From the NCBI GenBank assembly GCA_030390025.1, contig CM059432.1, positions 139,378,001 through 139,442,000 on the forward strand: a stretch of 64,000 bases of DNA, written 5' to 3'. The notes beneath the pieces were generated by a model. That model did no database searches. It was not told the origin of the DNA and worked only from the letters and a program-made list of their open reading frames with translations. This stretch comes from Squalus acanthias. Its lineage: Eukaryota. Both the position numbers and the translations under genes were made by a program. Positions 11,747-23,012 of the stretch are shown here, piece by piece (position 1 is the stretch's first letter; every line of letters starts with the position of its first letter).

Positions 11747-13620
11747 CTACTTTTTGCCCTTCGAGGGTGATCTCCTTCCCTTGCGCACTTCCCCCCTTCT
11801 AACCCTACTGCTCCTCCGTAATGGGACCTCAGTGGCTGCAGCAAGGCTGGTGGAAGGCTGCTGCTCGTCAGACCCTGACACTGCAGATGCCCCTGAAGGA
11901 CGGCCTCGACCAGTTCTGGGCCTGGAGGGCCCAGCTGCAGACTGCACCAACTCTGCATGGGCGGCAGCAGTCTGTCCTACAGGCGGTGGCAAGTGCAGTG
12001 GAGAAGTGACAGTGTTGGCAGCAGGAATGCTGTCATCGTGAGAGAGGACAGCAACTCCCTGCTCGCCCGACACACTGGCACTCCCACGGGGCAGCACTTC
12101 AGCAGCCGGAGCAATCTGCTGGAGAACAGATTGCTGGCCTGCTGCGGCGCGGTGACAGCCCCGGGGACATGTGCACGAACCATCGAGGTTGGCAGCAGTC
12201 TGTGCTCGCGTGGCCTCAATCTGAGTCTGCATGAGAGCAGTCAGAGATGGGATCACGGCAGCCAGTGACTGAATTGCAGCACTAAGCGTTAGTGTGGCAT
12301 CCGCCTGTGCTACAGCGAAGTGCTCCACACTCCTTGCCAGTGACTCAATGCATTCGGGCACCCTTCCCACTGCACCCATGAGCTCAGTGTGCATGCCCAC
12401 CGCCTGGGTGTTAATTTCTGCGATCAGCCGCTCCTCCTCTGCGTCCATTGCAGTAGGAGTGTCTGGCATACTCTCACTCTGGGGAGAAGGCCCCCGTTCT
12501 TCCCTACCCCCATGGCGTTGCTGCAGCCCGCTGGGTCCTGGAGCTTCACCCTCATCAGACCCTTCCCCCCTGCTCCCCTCCAGGGAAGGCGTGTTCCCAG
12601 TGTGGGCATGGGCTTCCTCGGGAGAGGGTGGCACTGATGCTCCGGCTTCCTCTTCCTCCTCGGCTGCAGCATCACTCCCAGTGGCAGCTTCAGGGCCCGT
12701 CTCCTCAGCTGGTGAATCACCATCTGAAAGCAGGGAGGTACAAGAGTGGCTTTAGCGTGAGGACAGGGTGGCAGTAAGGGAGGAATAAGTGCAGCGAGTT
12801 AGCAAGTTGGATTGAAAGTGTCAAAGGCTGGTGTTGTGAGGGACAAGTGGAAGGACAGAGGACAAAAAGGTGATGACCTTACCATTGCTGTCCAGAATGG
12901 GGTCGGCGTCTCCAGTGGCGACGGGACCGATCACCCGGCTTGCCACAATCCTGTGGACGCGCTCCTCAAGATCGCTGAGGGGTTGCAGCTGAGGCCGCCC
13001 TCCACCTGTCCGTTGCTGCTGTCTCCGATTATGCGCCAGCTTGGCCTGTAAGAAAAAGGACAGCATCTGAGTAAATATACAGCCATGGTCTTGCCTGATG
13101 TGCCTCCCATAGGTGAATAGCCCTTACTGTATGCAGCCATGGTCTTGCCTGATGTGCCTCCCATAGGTGAATAGCCCTTACTGTATGCAGCCATGGTCTT
13201 GCCTGATGTGCCTCCCATAGGTGAATAGCCCTTACTGTATGCAAAGTGTGGAATGTGTGTGTGTGTTTCATGAAAGGGCCATAGGTGTTGGATGAGTGTT
13301 GTGCATTGGGGTTTTAAGACCCTCTGGCCATAGAGTGAGGTTGAGATGGAGGGATGGAGAGGTATTGAGAAAAAGCCACTCACCCTGACGACCCGAGTGA
13401 GGTCGTTGAACTTTTTGCTGCATTGAGTATGGGTCCTGGGCACCATGCTCCTGGAGGAGACGCTCTGAGCCACCTCCCTCCACACTCTTCTGAACTCACG
13501 TGGCAAAGGCCTCCTGCCACTCTCAGGGAAGAGCATACATCTTCTGCGCTCCACCGCGCCAACCAGAGCATCCAAGGCCCGCTCGGTGAAGCGATGAGCT
13601 CGTTCTCTCACCCTCTCCAT
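11747..13620 (-). CDS. Harbinger Myb/SANT-like DNA-binding protein (NAIF1/MSANTD-like), 3 exons: 13620-13384, 13045-12883, 12723-11747; 458 aa
   Basis: Exon 1 FTERALDALV...WREVAQSV...RTHTQCSKKFNDL; GT-AG introns (AGG|gtgagt, ttacag|GCC, ATG|gtaagg, tttcag|AT) in phases 0 and 1 give 237+163+977=1377 nt with no internal stop; exon 2 has the RTGGG motif. Confidence 0.88.
13080..13241. repeat. Perfect 54-bp tandem repeat x3 in intron 1 of the Myb gene
   Basis: CAGCCATGGTCTTGCCTGATGTGCCTCCCATAGGTGAATAGCCCTTACTGTATG three times, head to tail. Confidence 0.95.
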
Positions 13621-14402
13621 CCTTGGCAGCAAAATGGATTCACAGGTCTCTCCAGGCCGAGATTCAAGGCTGCAATGAGCAGGGTGTGGCTGGGGAGCAA
13701 GTTGGCCCCCCCCGCTTTAAGAAGTGGCCAGCGCCAGTGTGTCTGTGTTCCCTCGCTAACTGGCAGCAGCTGCGCTGCGCTCGCACGCTGAGTTAGCGCC
13801 TCACTGCTCGGCCTTTGCGCCTTAAGACAGGTGTGCAGCGCCTGATTTAGCGCTCCACTCACCTCCCGGGGCGGTAAAAGTGAAGTTTCCAGTCAGTGCT
13901 GATAATTAGCGCCAGGCGCTAATATTTGCGTCCAGACGATATTTGCGCCCCAAATGGGGCGCGACCTAATTTTTCCCCCTTTATGTCCTCCTCACAACTT
14001 GCTTTCCCACCTATCTTTGTGTCATCCGCAAATTTGGCTACAATACACTCGCTTCCTTCATCCAAATCATTAATATAGATTGAAAATAGTTGGGGCCCCA
14101 GCACTGATCCCTGTGGCACCCCACTAGTTACAGTTTGCCAACCTGAAAATGACCCATTTATCCCGATTCTCTGTTTCCTGTTAGTTAGCCAATCCTCTAT
14201 CCAATCTAATATAATACCCCCAACACCATGAGCTCTTATCTTATGCAGTAATCTTTTATGTGGCACCTTGTCGAATGCCTTTTGGAAATCTAAATACACT
14301 ACATCTACTGGTTCCCCTTTATCCACCCTGCTCGTTACCTCCTCAAAGAACTCCAATAGATTTGTCAAACACAATTTCCCTTTCATAAAACCATGTTGAC
14401 TC

Positions 14403-16059
14403 GGCCATCGCGATGCGAGGAGGCATTTGGGTCTCTGACTGAGTTGCGGGGCAACGGGGGAGAAGTGTGAGCGCTTTGAGAGGAGCCCACACTTCCCTCT
14501 CCCCTCTCACCATCATCCCTCTCATGGGCCACCTGCACTTCCCTGCTAGCAAGTAGCTGGAGAGCTCCCTGCTGCACATCAGTGGGGCCATGAGGACTCA
14601 CGTCTACGCTGACATCCCTCCTAGACAGGAGGTCTATGAGCCTCTGCCATCTATGCTCCATAGATACCATGTGCTTCTGTGAGTGGTGCATTAGCTGCTC
14701 CATGCAGGTGGCCATCCTTTCCATGGAAGAGCCTACAGTCACCATCGCCTGTGACACGGTGGTGCACATGTTGGAGATGGACTCCTCCATTCTCTGAACT
14801 TTTGCAGACATCGCGGTCACAAAACCTGTCAGGGACCCCTGCACTTCTTGCTGCCCCTCCAGGATCGCCCTCTTTCTGGATGGCCCCCAAGGCTCAGCGT
14901 CTGCATGCAGCTGAACAGAGCTGGGAGCGTCCTGCGCCCTCTGGCGAGGAGTCTCCACTGCTGCCCCTGTCTCTACCATCTGCTCTTGCTCGCTTGTGAC
15001 TTGTGACGACCCGGTGACAACACTACACTATCTCACATTGGACCCACCGAGGTGTGTGTCTCTGCACTGATGCTGGGTGCGCTCATGTCTGGTGATGCTG
15101 TGTCCTCAGAGGCTGGAGGCTCCTCTGAGGAGTCGTCTTGCTCTTCCTCCTGGACAGAGGGGGGCTCTTGATGGACCTGTGGGAGAGTAAAGAGATGAGT
15201 TTAGATATGCCATATGAAGAATGGGTGCATGTACCATTGTGCACATGATGACCATTCAGTGGCTGATGACATCAGTCCCCATATGAGTGACTGATGTATG
15301 CCATGTAGCTGTATGATATGTAATTCTGTCACCAGGTTGCTGAGATGTACCCCTCCATCTCCCACCTTCAGCTGCTCAGCCACTCCCGAGACTTCCAACG
15401 CAGCCTCGTCTGCTGTTGTGAGGATCGCAAATGATGGAGGCCCACCTCCAGTTCTCTCCCTCTCCCTCTTATTGTGCGCTCTCTTCTCCTGCAAGGAGGG
15501 AAAAAAGAGAAGGTTGAGTGAGAGTGATGGAATGAGTGTAAGGGTTACATCTTTAGAGGGAGACTATGATGGATTGGGGTGGCAATGCCAAGCGGGCTCC
15601 TTGCAAGTTGTTAGTTGGTATGATTGCATTAGGATGAGGCTTAGTGTGAGGGGTGGCTAGTGAGATGGGGATGTGATAATGTAGATAGAGAGGGATGGGT
15701 GGACGTGCAAGGTATGTTGGTGTGAGTAAGGATGTGCAGGAGTAGGGTTGGGAATGCAGAGTGATGGGGATGTGATGAGAGGCACAGCAGGATGAAGTTG
15801 AGTGTGGCTTTGTACTCACCTTTCCAGATCTAATGAGATCATTGAAACATTTGTGGCACTGCACCCAGGTCCTCCTGAACACATCCCTGCTGTTCACCTC
15901 CTCTGCAAATAGGAGCCAGGTTCTTTCTGTCTCCTGGGGAGGTCTCTTCTGCCCATCGGAAGGGAAGAGGACCTCCCTGCGTGCTCTGACACCATCCATA
16001 AGGATATGGAGGGAGTCATCGGAGAACCTGAGTGCAGCCCTCTGCCTCTGCGCAGCCAT
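14403..16059 (-). pseudogene. Decayed Harbinger Myb/SANT gene (exons 16059-15820, 15488-15333, 15176-~14403)
   Basis: FSDDSLHILMDGV...W...RRTWVQCHKCFNDL then RERTGGG; same phase-0 first intron as the intact gene; TGA at 15035-15033 and a later frameshift before ORF 14979..14383. Confidence 0.8.
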
Positions 16060-16353
16060 CTATCCAACTGTTTGGAGCAATGAGAACCTCCAGTGTGCTG
16101 CCTGCACACTCCTAAATGAACCTTCAAATGCAATGTGGCCATGGCTCCTTTAAATATACCAGATGAAAATGCATCATGGATGACATCATCAGACCTGCAC
16201 CATTTAATAGGGCCGGGTAACGCGCAGGGCGGGCTTAATAGGCCCTGTTATCGCAAAGTAGTTTTCTGCAGCGGGATGGAAGCAGCACGGGGTTGCGACC
16301 CCACCACGCTGACCGCCCGCACCCAACCTGCCCAGGTACAGAAAATTCAGGCC
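14403..16353 (-). mobile_element. Truncated second Harbinger family element: one end plus Myb/SANT gene, no transposase
   Basis: End AAAATTCAGGCC at 16342-16353; subterminal region resembles the 6435/40408 MITE ends; cut off at the CR1 5' end. Confidence 0.8.
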
Positions 16354-16407
16354 ATAGCACTTTACAGCACAGAGACAGGCCATTCGGCCCAACTGATCCA
16401 TGCCGGT

Positions 16408-16634
16408 TGACGTAAGAAAACTACTAGGCACTTGGTCTAAGCGTTAAACAAAGCTTTAATCAGCTGTTTTACAACATGGAGGTCTAGTTGTGTCCTTCGC
16501 TAGTTCCTGTTAAGAATGTCCTGCGCAAGCTGGGCCCGTGCCCGAGTATTTATACTCTCCCTGGACAGCGCCACCCACAGGCCACTCAGTATTATTGCAT
16601 AAGTCTTTCTTTCATGAATGACAGATTCATGTCA
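16408..16634 (-). mobile_element. 227-bp solo LTR
   Basis: TGACGT...ATGTCA termini, 5-bp TSD CCGGT (16403-16407, 16635-16639) inside a CR1 tail; minus-strand TATAAATA (16554-16547) then ATTAAA (16460-16455). Confidence 0.85.
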
Positions 16635-16933
16635 CCGGTGTTTATGCTCCACACGAGCCTCCTCCCACCCTATTTCATCTACCCCTATCAGCATATCCTT
16701 CGATTTCTTTATGAATACAAATTGAATACACTGGTCCAGAAATCTGATCAGGCTCTAGGCAAAACTGGTGGTGGGCAGGGTCGCAAGACAGGACTGTAGA
16801 AAGTGGGGGTGACACTCCGGTTCTGCCGTGATTCTGCCCCATGGGGGTAAAGCTCTGTTAGGGTTGTCCTGACCGTCCGCTGTAATTTCAACCGAAAAGC
16901 TGTGGAAACCACAGGAAAAGAGTGCAAGTGTGC

Positions 16934-17360
16934 GTCAGCCGTGGCTCAGTGGGTAGCACTCTTACCTCTGAGTCAGAAGGTCGTGGGTTCACAGTACCCA
17001 CTCCAAGGGCTTGAGCACAAAAATCTAGGCTGACACTCCCAGTGCAGTACCGAGAGAGTGCTGCACAGTCGGAGGTGCCGTCTTTCAGATGAGACATTAA
17101 ACCGAGGCCCCTGTCTGCCCTCTCAGGTGGACATAAAAGATCCCATGCCTACTATTTCAAAGAAGAGCAGGAGAGCGCTCCCCGGTGTCCTGGCCAATAT
17201 TTATGCCTCAATATAAACAGCTTATCTGGTCATTATCACATTGCTGTCTGTGGGAGCTTGCTGTGCGCAAATTGGCTGCCGCGTTTCCCACATTAGAGCA
17301 ATGACTACACTTCAAAAGTACTTAATAGGCTGTAATGTGCTTTGGGACGTCCTGTGGTTG
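16934..17360 (+). mobile_element. SacSINE1-like Deu SINE, near full length
   Basis: tRNA-like head GTCAGCCGTGGCTCAGTGGGTAGCAC (A box), degenerate B box, Deu core, L2-like tail. Confidence 0.85.
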
Positions 17361-17964
17361 TTTTACCAGTGTTTCTGTGACACTGCAGTGGACAATTATA
17401 GAAATCAACCATTTTTCCACACACATTTGTTTTGCAGTTTTACATTGTACCATTGTTATATTTGTACGCCATTTCTTCCAACTTTCTCCCCTTGCCCCTT
17501 CACCTTAATTGTCCCCATAATCGGTGTTGAGCATTTTTTTTTTTGTCTTCTCTTTTTCATTTTCTTTCATTTAATTTTATTTTTGACTTTTTCCTGTTTC
17601 TTTTTCCACCTCATCTGTTTCTTCTCTGCTTGCTTCCAGGCCTTGATGTGGTGACAGTGACATCTTTGGTCAATCGTAGAGCTGCAGCAGAAGATAGTAA
17701 CTCACCGAGCCACACATCCGAGTCTCAATTGGTGTCCTCTTTAAGTCTCTACTTCGGTCGGTTCTCCCGCTGTGCAGAACTTCAGGGAAAATTAGATTTT
17801 TTTTTTCTCCACTGTTGCATTCCAAACCATTTTCCTTCTTGTCTTTCAGAAGGAGAGGCAGCCTCTCCGCAAAGAGAGGTGTCATCTGAAAAAGAAAATC
17901 TGATCATCGATGAAGACAAGGAAGAGTTTGACCTGAATGGCGATAGGAAATGTAGGATGTCCTA

Positions 17965-18935
17965 ATGTAGGAAACGCGGCAGTCAATTTGCACACAGCAA
18001 GCTCCCACAAACAGCAATGTGGTAATGAGCAGATAATCTGTTGTTAGGTGTTGGTTAAGGGACACTGCTCTTCTTCAAAATAGTGCCATGGGATGCTTTA
18101 CATCCACCTGAGAACACAGACAGGGCCTCAAGTTTAATGGGCTGGATTTTCATTGACCCGTGGAGGCGGGTTTGGAGGCGTGTGGGGGGTTAAAATTGCG
18201 AAAACTGGCGGGCGGGCACAAGTCCGCCTCCATCCCGCCTCCATGCAATTTTCATTAAATCGTGTCTGCTGGTCCCGACTCCGTCCCGCCTCTAAGAGGC
18301 GGGATAGGCTGTTAAGGCCCTTAACAAGCACTAAATTGGCTCTATAATGCCATTTTGAAAGGCCTTTGTGATTTTAACCGTTGTTCTACGTGAAGCACGC
18401 CTGTTCTGAACCACGAATGTGAAACCTGGCGGTAACACATTTGGAAAGCTGACTATCAGCTGCAGGTCCACTATTACAAGGGAGTAGTAGTAGTAGGAAA
18501 AATATCTGGGAGCAGACCTAGGGCTGCTGCTGCTCATTTTGCTCAGGTCCTCTCACAGCAAAGGCCAGGCAGTCTCTGAAGACCTTCAATGCAGCAGCAA
18601 TGATGACATCATCAGAGGCGACTTTCAGACTGAAAACACTAATTGGTTCATGGGTTCCCACATGCTGGAACTCAATTGCCCAATTAGGTGAAAATCGCAT
18701 CAATCTCCCACATCCAATTGCAGTCGGGTGGATAACACGACCCCAACCCGCCCCAGTATCAAAATCCAGCCCAATGTCTCATCTGAAAGACGGCATCTCC
18801 AACAGTGCAGCGCCTCCCTCAGTGCTGCACTGGGAGCATCGAGCTGGATTATGTACTCAAGTCTCATAGAGTGGGGCTTGAGCCCACAATGTCTGACTCA
18901 GAGGTGGGAGTACTACCAACTGAGCCACGACTGAC
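17965..18935 (-). mobile_element. SacSINE1-like SINE split by the MITE at 18139-18772
   Basis: SINE sequence continues across the insert (GTTTAAT|GTCTCATCTGAAAGACGGC). Confidence 0.8.
18139..18772. mobile_element. PIF/Harbinger-type MITE, 634 bp
   Basis: Perfect 12-bp TIR GGGCTGGATTTT / AAAATCCAGCCC; TSD AAT (18136-18138, 18773-18775). Confidence 0.88.
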
Positions 18936-19459
18936 ACAAGGGGGAAAACATTTCTCTGTGCATTATAGTTATCCCCTTTGTAAAGCCATAATGCACAGAG
19001 ACATTTCTCCCCAATAGTAGATGTGAAGAATCAGTTGTCCTGGTCACATCGCTGAGATCAGACAGCACAAGATTGTTTGGCCCCCTCCCTTATGCACTAC
19101 AACTGGGTCTGACTGGCATCCGGGCTCTTGGACTATCAGCTTGTCCAAGTCCATTTCTCTTTGGATGACCCAGCTAATAGGTCTGGAGCTGCCTGGGTCA
19201 ACAATGCCCTGGTGGTGGTGGTAGTGGTCGGGCAGAAAGTATAACTGAGGTCCACGCAGCCGATGCATTTCACTTGTTATCAGACCACAAGCCTTCTGCT
19301 GTCCATAACTCCCGTCAACTGAAAACAGCTCCACTCAACGGGAATGGTGGGAAAATACCTTTCGTTATTGTTTGCAGTCTCTGCATACATTTTCTCCCTC
19401 AGATTTGTCAACAACCACACTGTTTTTGTAGAGCATGAGAAAGTTAAAAATAAAAACAT

Positions 19460-19550
19460 GAAAAGGCTGGAAACACTCAGCAGCTCAGGCAGCATCTGTG
19501 GAGAGAGAGAAACAGGGTTAACGTTTCAGGCCGATGACCCTTCATTAGAC
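19460..19550 (-). mobile_element. Penelope terminal-repeat fragment with a degenerate hammerhead motif
   Basis: Minus strand CTAATGAAGGGTCATCGGCCTGAAACGTTAAC...CCACAGATGCTGCCTGAGCTGCTGAGT; core CUGA is mutated to CUAA. Confidence 0.6.
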
Positions 19551-20119
19551 CGGGATGAGAATGAGAAAGTAACGCTGGTTACCATTTCCAAAAGGATCAA
19601 AAAAGATTGTTGTGGCCGCACAGGTCATGGAATCACAGAATGGTTACAGCATGGAAGAAGGCCATTCGGCCCGTCGAACCCGTGCCTGGTCCCTGCAAGA
19701 GCACTTCAGCTAGTCCCACTGCCAGCTTCATTGTACCCAACAAGTGCTTTTGTTTACATCGGGAATACAAGCCAGGAATTGTCAATAATTCTTCATAAAA
19801 TACAAGCAATTGCTAACCTAATCTCTGACAAGCAGTCAAGTCAAGCAACCAGCCTTTAAAATATATATTTAATGACTGACTGCCATGCACCACATCCTGA
19901 CAAGTAACAACATGGTTTGTTGCGCAAGGCACAACAGTTGGAGCACCATGTGATGTTCTGTAATACCACGGAGCATGATTAATCACCCACTCTGTAAGTA
20001 CAGCATTGGTAAATGATTATTTCCAGAAATAAGCAGCAGGGTTTGGTGTGTTGGAGAGAACATTGTCAGGGCTGAATAGATAGGAGCTGGAGAAAATACA
20101 GCAACACTTGAAACAGATA

Positions 20120-20586
20120 AAAGAAAGACTTGCGGTTATGCAGTGCCTTTCACGACCTCAGGACGTCCCAAAGCGTTTTACAGCCAATGAAGTACTTTTG
20201 AAGTGTAGTCGCTGTTGTAATGCAGGAAAAGCAACAGCCAGTCTGCGCACAGCAAGGTCCCACAGACAGCAATGCGATAATGACCAGGTAATCTGTTTTT
20301 GTGATGTTGGTTGAGGTATAAATATTGGCCCAGGACACCAGGGAGAACTCACCTGCTCTTCTTCGAAATAGTACCGTGGGATCTTTTACGTCCACCTGAG
20401 AGGGAAGACGGGGCCTCAGTTTAACATCTCATCCAAAAGACGGCACCTCCGACAGTGCAGCACTCCCTCAGCACTGCACTGGGAGTGTCAGCCCAGATTT
20501 TTGTGCTCAAGTCTCTGGAGTGGGACTTGAACCCACAACCTTCTGACTCAAAAGACAAGAGTGCTACCCACTGAGCCACAGCTGAC
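20120..20586 (-). mobile_element. SacSINE1-like SINE, full length
   Basis: Head (TGGCTCAGTGG A box, GGTTCAAGTCC B box), Deu core and tail all present on the minus strand. Confidence 0.9.
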
Positions 20587-20884
20587 ACTGATGCACAGGA
20601 CAAGTTCAACTATTATATTGTTAAAAAATCACCTCCTGAACTTCTAAAATAAACAATAAACCACATGGAGATAAAACTTTTAACACTTTAATTCTGCCTG
20701 CCATCTCTATTTTCCAGATTCTATTTTTCCATTTGCTATCTATTTTTATGTTGTTCATTTAAAGCTTTTTCTCACCTCATCTTACCTATCATCCTAGCTT
20801 TCCTAATCTTTTTCTCACCTTAGAAAAATGGGCTTTAAACACTATATTTACTTGTTTTTATCTTTCAACCCTCTCTGTAAAAAT

Positions 20885-21640
20885 ATAAGAAATAGGAGCA
20901 GGCAGTAGGCCATTTGGCCCTTCGAGCCTGCTCCGCCATTCAATAAGATCGGGGCTGATCTTCTACCTCAACTCCACTTTCCCACCCAATCCCCATATCC
21001 CTTGATTCCCTTAACATCCAAAAATCCAACGATCTCTGTCTTAAATATACTCAACGACTGAGCCTGTGCAATACACTCCCTCTGTAGTTTATAAGAACAT
21101 AAGAAATAGGAGCAGGAGGAGGCCATACAGCCCCTCGAGCCTGCTCCGCCATTCAATAAGATCATGGCTGATCTTCGACCTCAACTCCACTTTCGTGCAC
21201 TATCCCCATACCCCTTGATTCCTTTAGTGCCCAAAAAACTATCAGTTTTGAATATACCCAACGACTGAGCCTCCACAGCCCTCTGGGGTAGAGAATTCCA
21301 AAGATTCAACACCCTCTGAGTGAAGAAATTTCTCCTCATCTCAGCCCTAAATGGCCGACCCCTTATTCTGAGACTGTGGCCCCTGGTTCTAGACTCCCCA
21401 GCCAGGGGAAACATCCTCCCTGCATCTACACTGTCGAGCCCTGTAAGAATTTTGTATGTTTCAATGAGGTCACCTCTCATTCTTCTAAACTCTAGAGAAT
21501 ATAGGCCTAGTCTACTCGATCTCTCCTCATAGGACAATCTCCCCATCCCAGGAATCAGTCTGGTGAACCTTTGTTGCACTCCCTCTATAGCAAGTATATC
21601 CTTCCTTAGGTAAGGAGACCAAAACTGTACACAGTACTTT
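20885..21640 (-). mobile_element. Two tandem CR1 3' fragments (~20885-21065 and ~21090-21640)
   Basis: ORFs 20968..21165 and 21181..21579 are CR1 C-termini, each with its own tail. Confidence 0.88.
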
Positions 21641-22001
21641 GGAAAGCCAACTCTAAGGGCTGGTTTTCAATCCAATCAAAAGCCCCCGACTTCAAAGGTA
21701 CAACAAGTAAATCCTTGACGCACTGTCATACATCAAAGCCAGTAAAGGCACTGCAAAGAACCTGGACGAAAACCTCATCTGTTAGTTAGTTGGCTAATTT
21801 GTCTAATTCTAGTCATAAAACGATGGCCTCCACACTCCATCAGTGTAAATGGAGTGGAACCCCCACAAGCCCTTAGCCCCAGGCCGCAGAATATCTAACT
21901 CAGGGCAGACCAGGAATCCGAGGCATTTCTGGTCTCCATGCTTAGCTTACTCAGTGATTAAACTCACATTTGAGTTTCTTAATGAGCCAGTTAACCTTCC
22001 A

Positions 22002-22026
22002 TGTGTGTGTGTGTGTGTGTGTGTGC
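22002..22026. repeat. (TG)n microsatellite
   Basis: About 12 consecutive TG units. Confidence 0.9.
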
Positions 22027-22199
22027 GTTGACACAGCCAAGCTGAGCATGGACTCGATGGGCCGAATGGCCTCCTTCTATGCCGTTATGACTCTATGACT
22101 CTATAAGTAGTATAAAGCTGAGAAAGACAAGAGGTGTAGGCAGATTCACTCCACCGCCAAAGATCCCATTGGTCTCAGAACCAAAGGGACTCTTCGATC

Positions 22200-22637
22200 A
22201 CATAAAAACATAAGAATTAGGAGCAGGATTGGGCCATACGGCCCCTCGAGCCTGCTCCGCCATTCAATAAGATCCTGGCTGATCTTCGACCTCAACTCCA
22301 CTTTCCCGCCCGATCCCCATATCCCTTGATTCCCTTAGTGTCAAAAAATCTATCGATCTCAGCCTTGAATATACTCAACGACTCAGCATCCACAGCCCTC
22401 TGGGGTAGAGAATTCCAAAGATTCACAACCATCTGAGTGAAGAAATTTCACCTCATCTCAGTCCGAAATGGCTGACCCCTTATCCTGAGACTATGCCTCC
22501 TAGTTCTAGACTCTCCAGCCAGGGGAAACAGCCTCTCAGCATCTACCCTGTCAATCCCCCTCAGAATCTTATATGTTTTACTGAGATCACCTCTCATTCT
22601 TCTAAACTCCAGAGAGTATAGGCCCATTCTGCTCAAT
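22200..22637 (-). mobile_element. CR1 3' fragment
   Basis: GLYSLEFRRMRGDL...GESRTR frame plus tail. Confidence 0.88.
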
Positions 22638-23012
22638 CGACTGATTCATCGGGAGACGCCAACACCCCACTGTTGGCCTGAACGCACGTCTGCTCTACAA
22701 ACCACTCAAAGCTTTCCATTCCTCCTGCCCAATGCACCTCTGTCCCCACGTCTGACCCGCCTCTCCTGCCAGGGCAAGACTTTGACCCAAACACCTGTGC
22801 AGGATCCTCTACATGTGCAGCTGTGAGGAAATATGCAATCTGTAATATACCAGAATCCACGCCAGCATCACCGAGAATTTTCTCAGGGCTTACCCCACTC
22901 CGTCTCCGTGTCTTCTGCGGAAACACTGCCTCTGCGCCATAAACGGCATTTCCGCCGACGTCTGGCAGCGGAGCGGGAGAAGCTCCGAGGAAATTCTTCC
23001 CCCCCCCCCTCA

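Larger units (their letters stand above)
9781..13979 (+). mobile_element. Autonomous PIF/Harbinger DNA transposon, 4199 bp
   Basis: TIRs GGGGTAAAAATT / AATTTTTCCCCC, 3-bp TSD TTT (9778-9780, 13980-13982), convergent transposase and Myb/SANT genes, subterminal (T/G)T(A/T)GCGCC repeats. Confidence 0.95.
8900..14402 (-). mobile_element. 5'-truncated CR1 LINE (8900-9780 plus 13980-14402) interrupted by the autonomous Harbinger
   Basis: RT motifs YLDFQKAFDKVPH, GVPQGSVLGP and FADDTKI in 13980-14386 continue into 9748-8991; removing the insert restores GCAGACTCTTTATGTCCTCC. Confidence 0.93.

Noticed and set aside
13080..13241. CRISPR-like array or repeat protein (AYSKGYSPMGGTSGKTMA)n
   Set aside because: Units are contiguous with no spacers, the DNA is eukaryotic, and the repeat lies within a GT-AG intron.
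19513..19550. Second functional hammerhead ribozyme
   Set aside because: Core reads CUAAUGA: the essential G5 is replaced, and stem I is truncated.
20500..20586. tRNA genes at SINE heads (also ~16934, 45405-45478, ~46198, ~59632)
   Set aside because: A and B boxes are present, but they continue into or derive from the SINE body and I see no complete cloverleaf.
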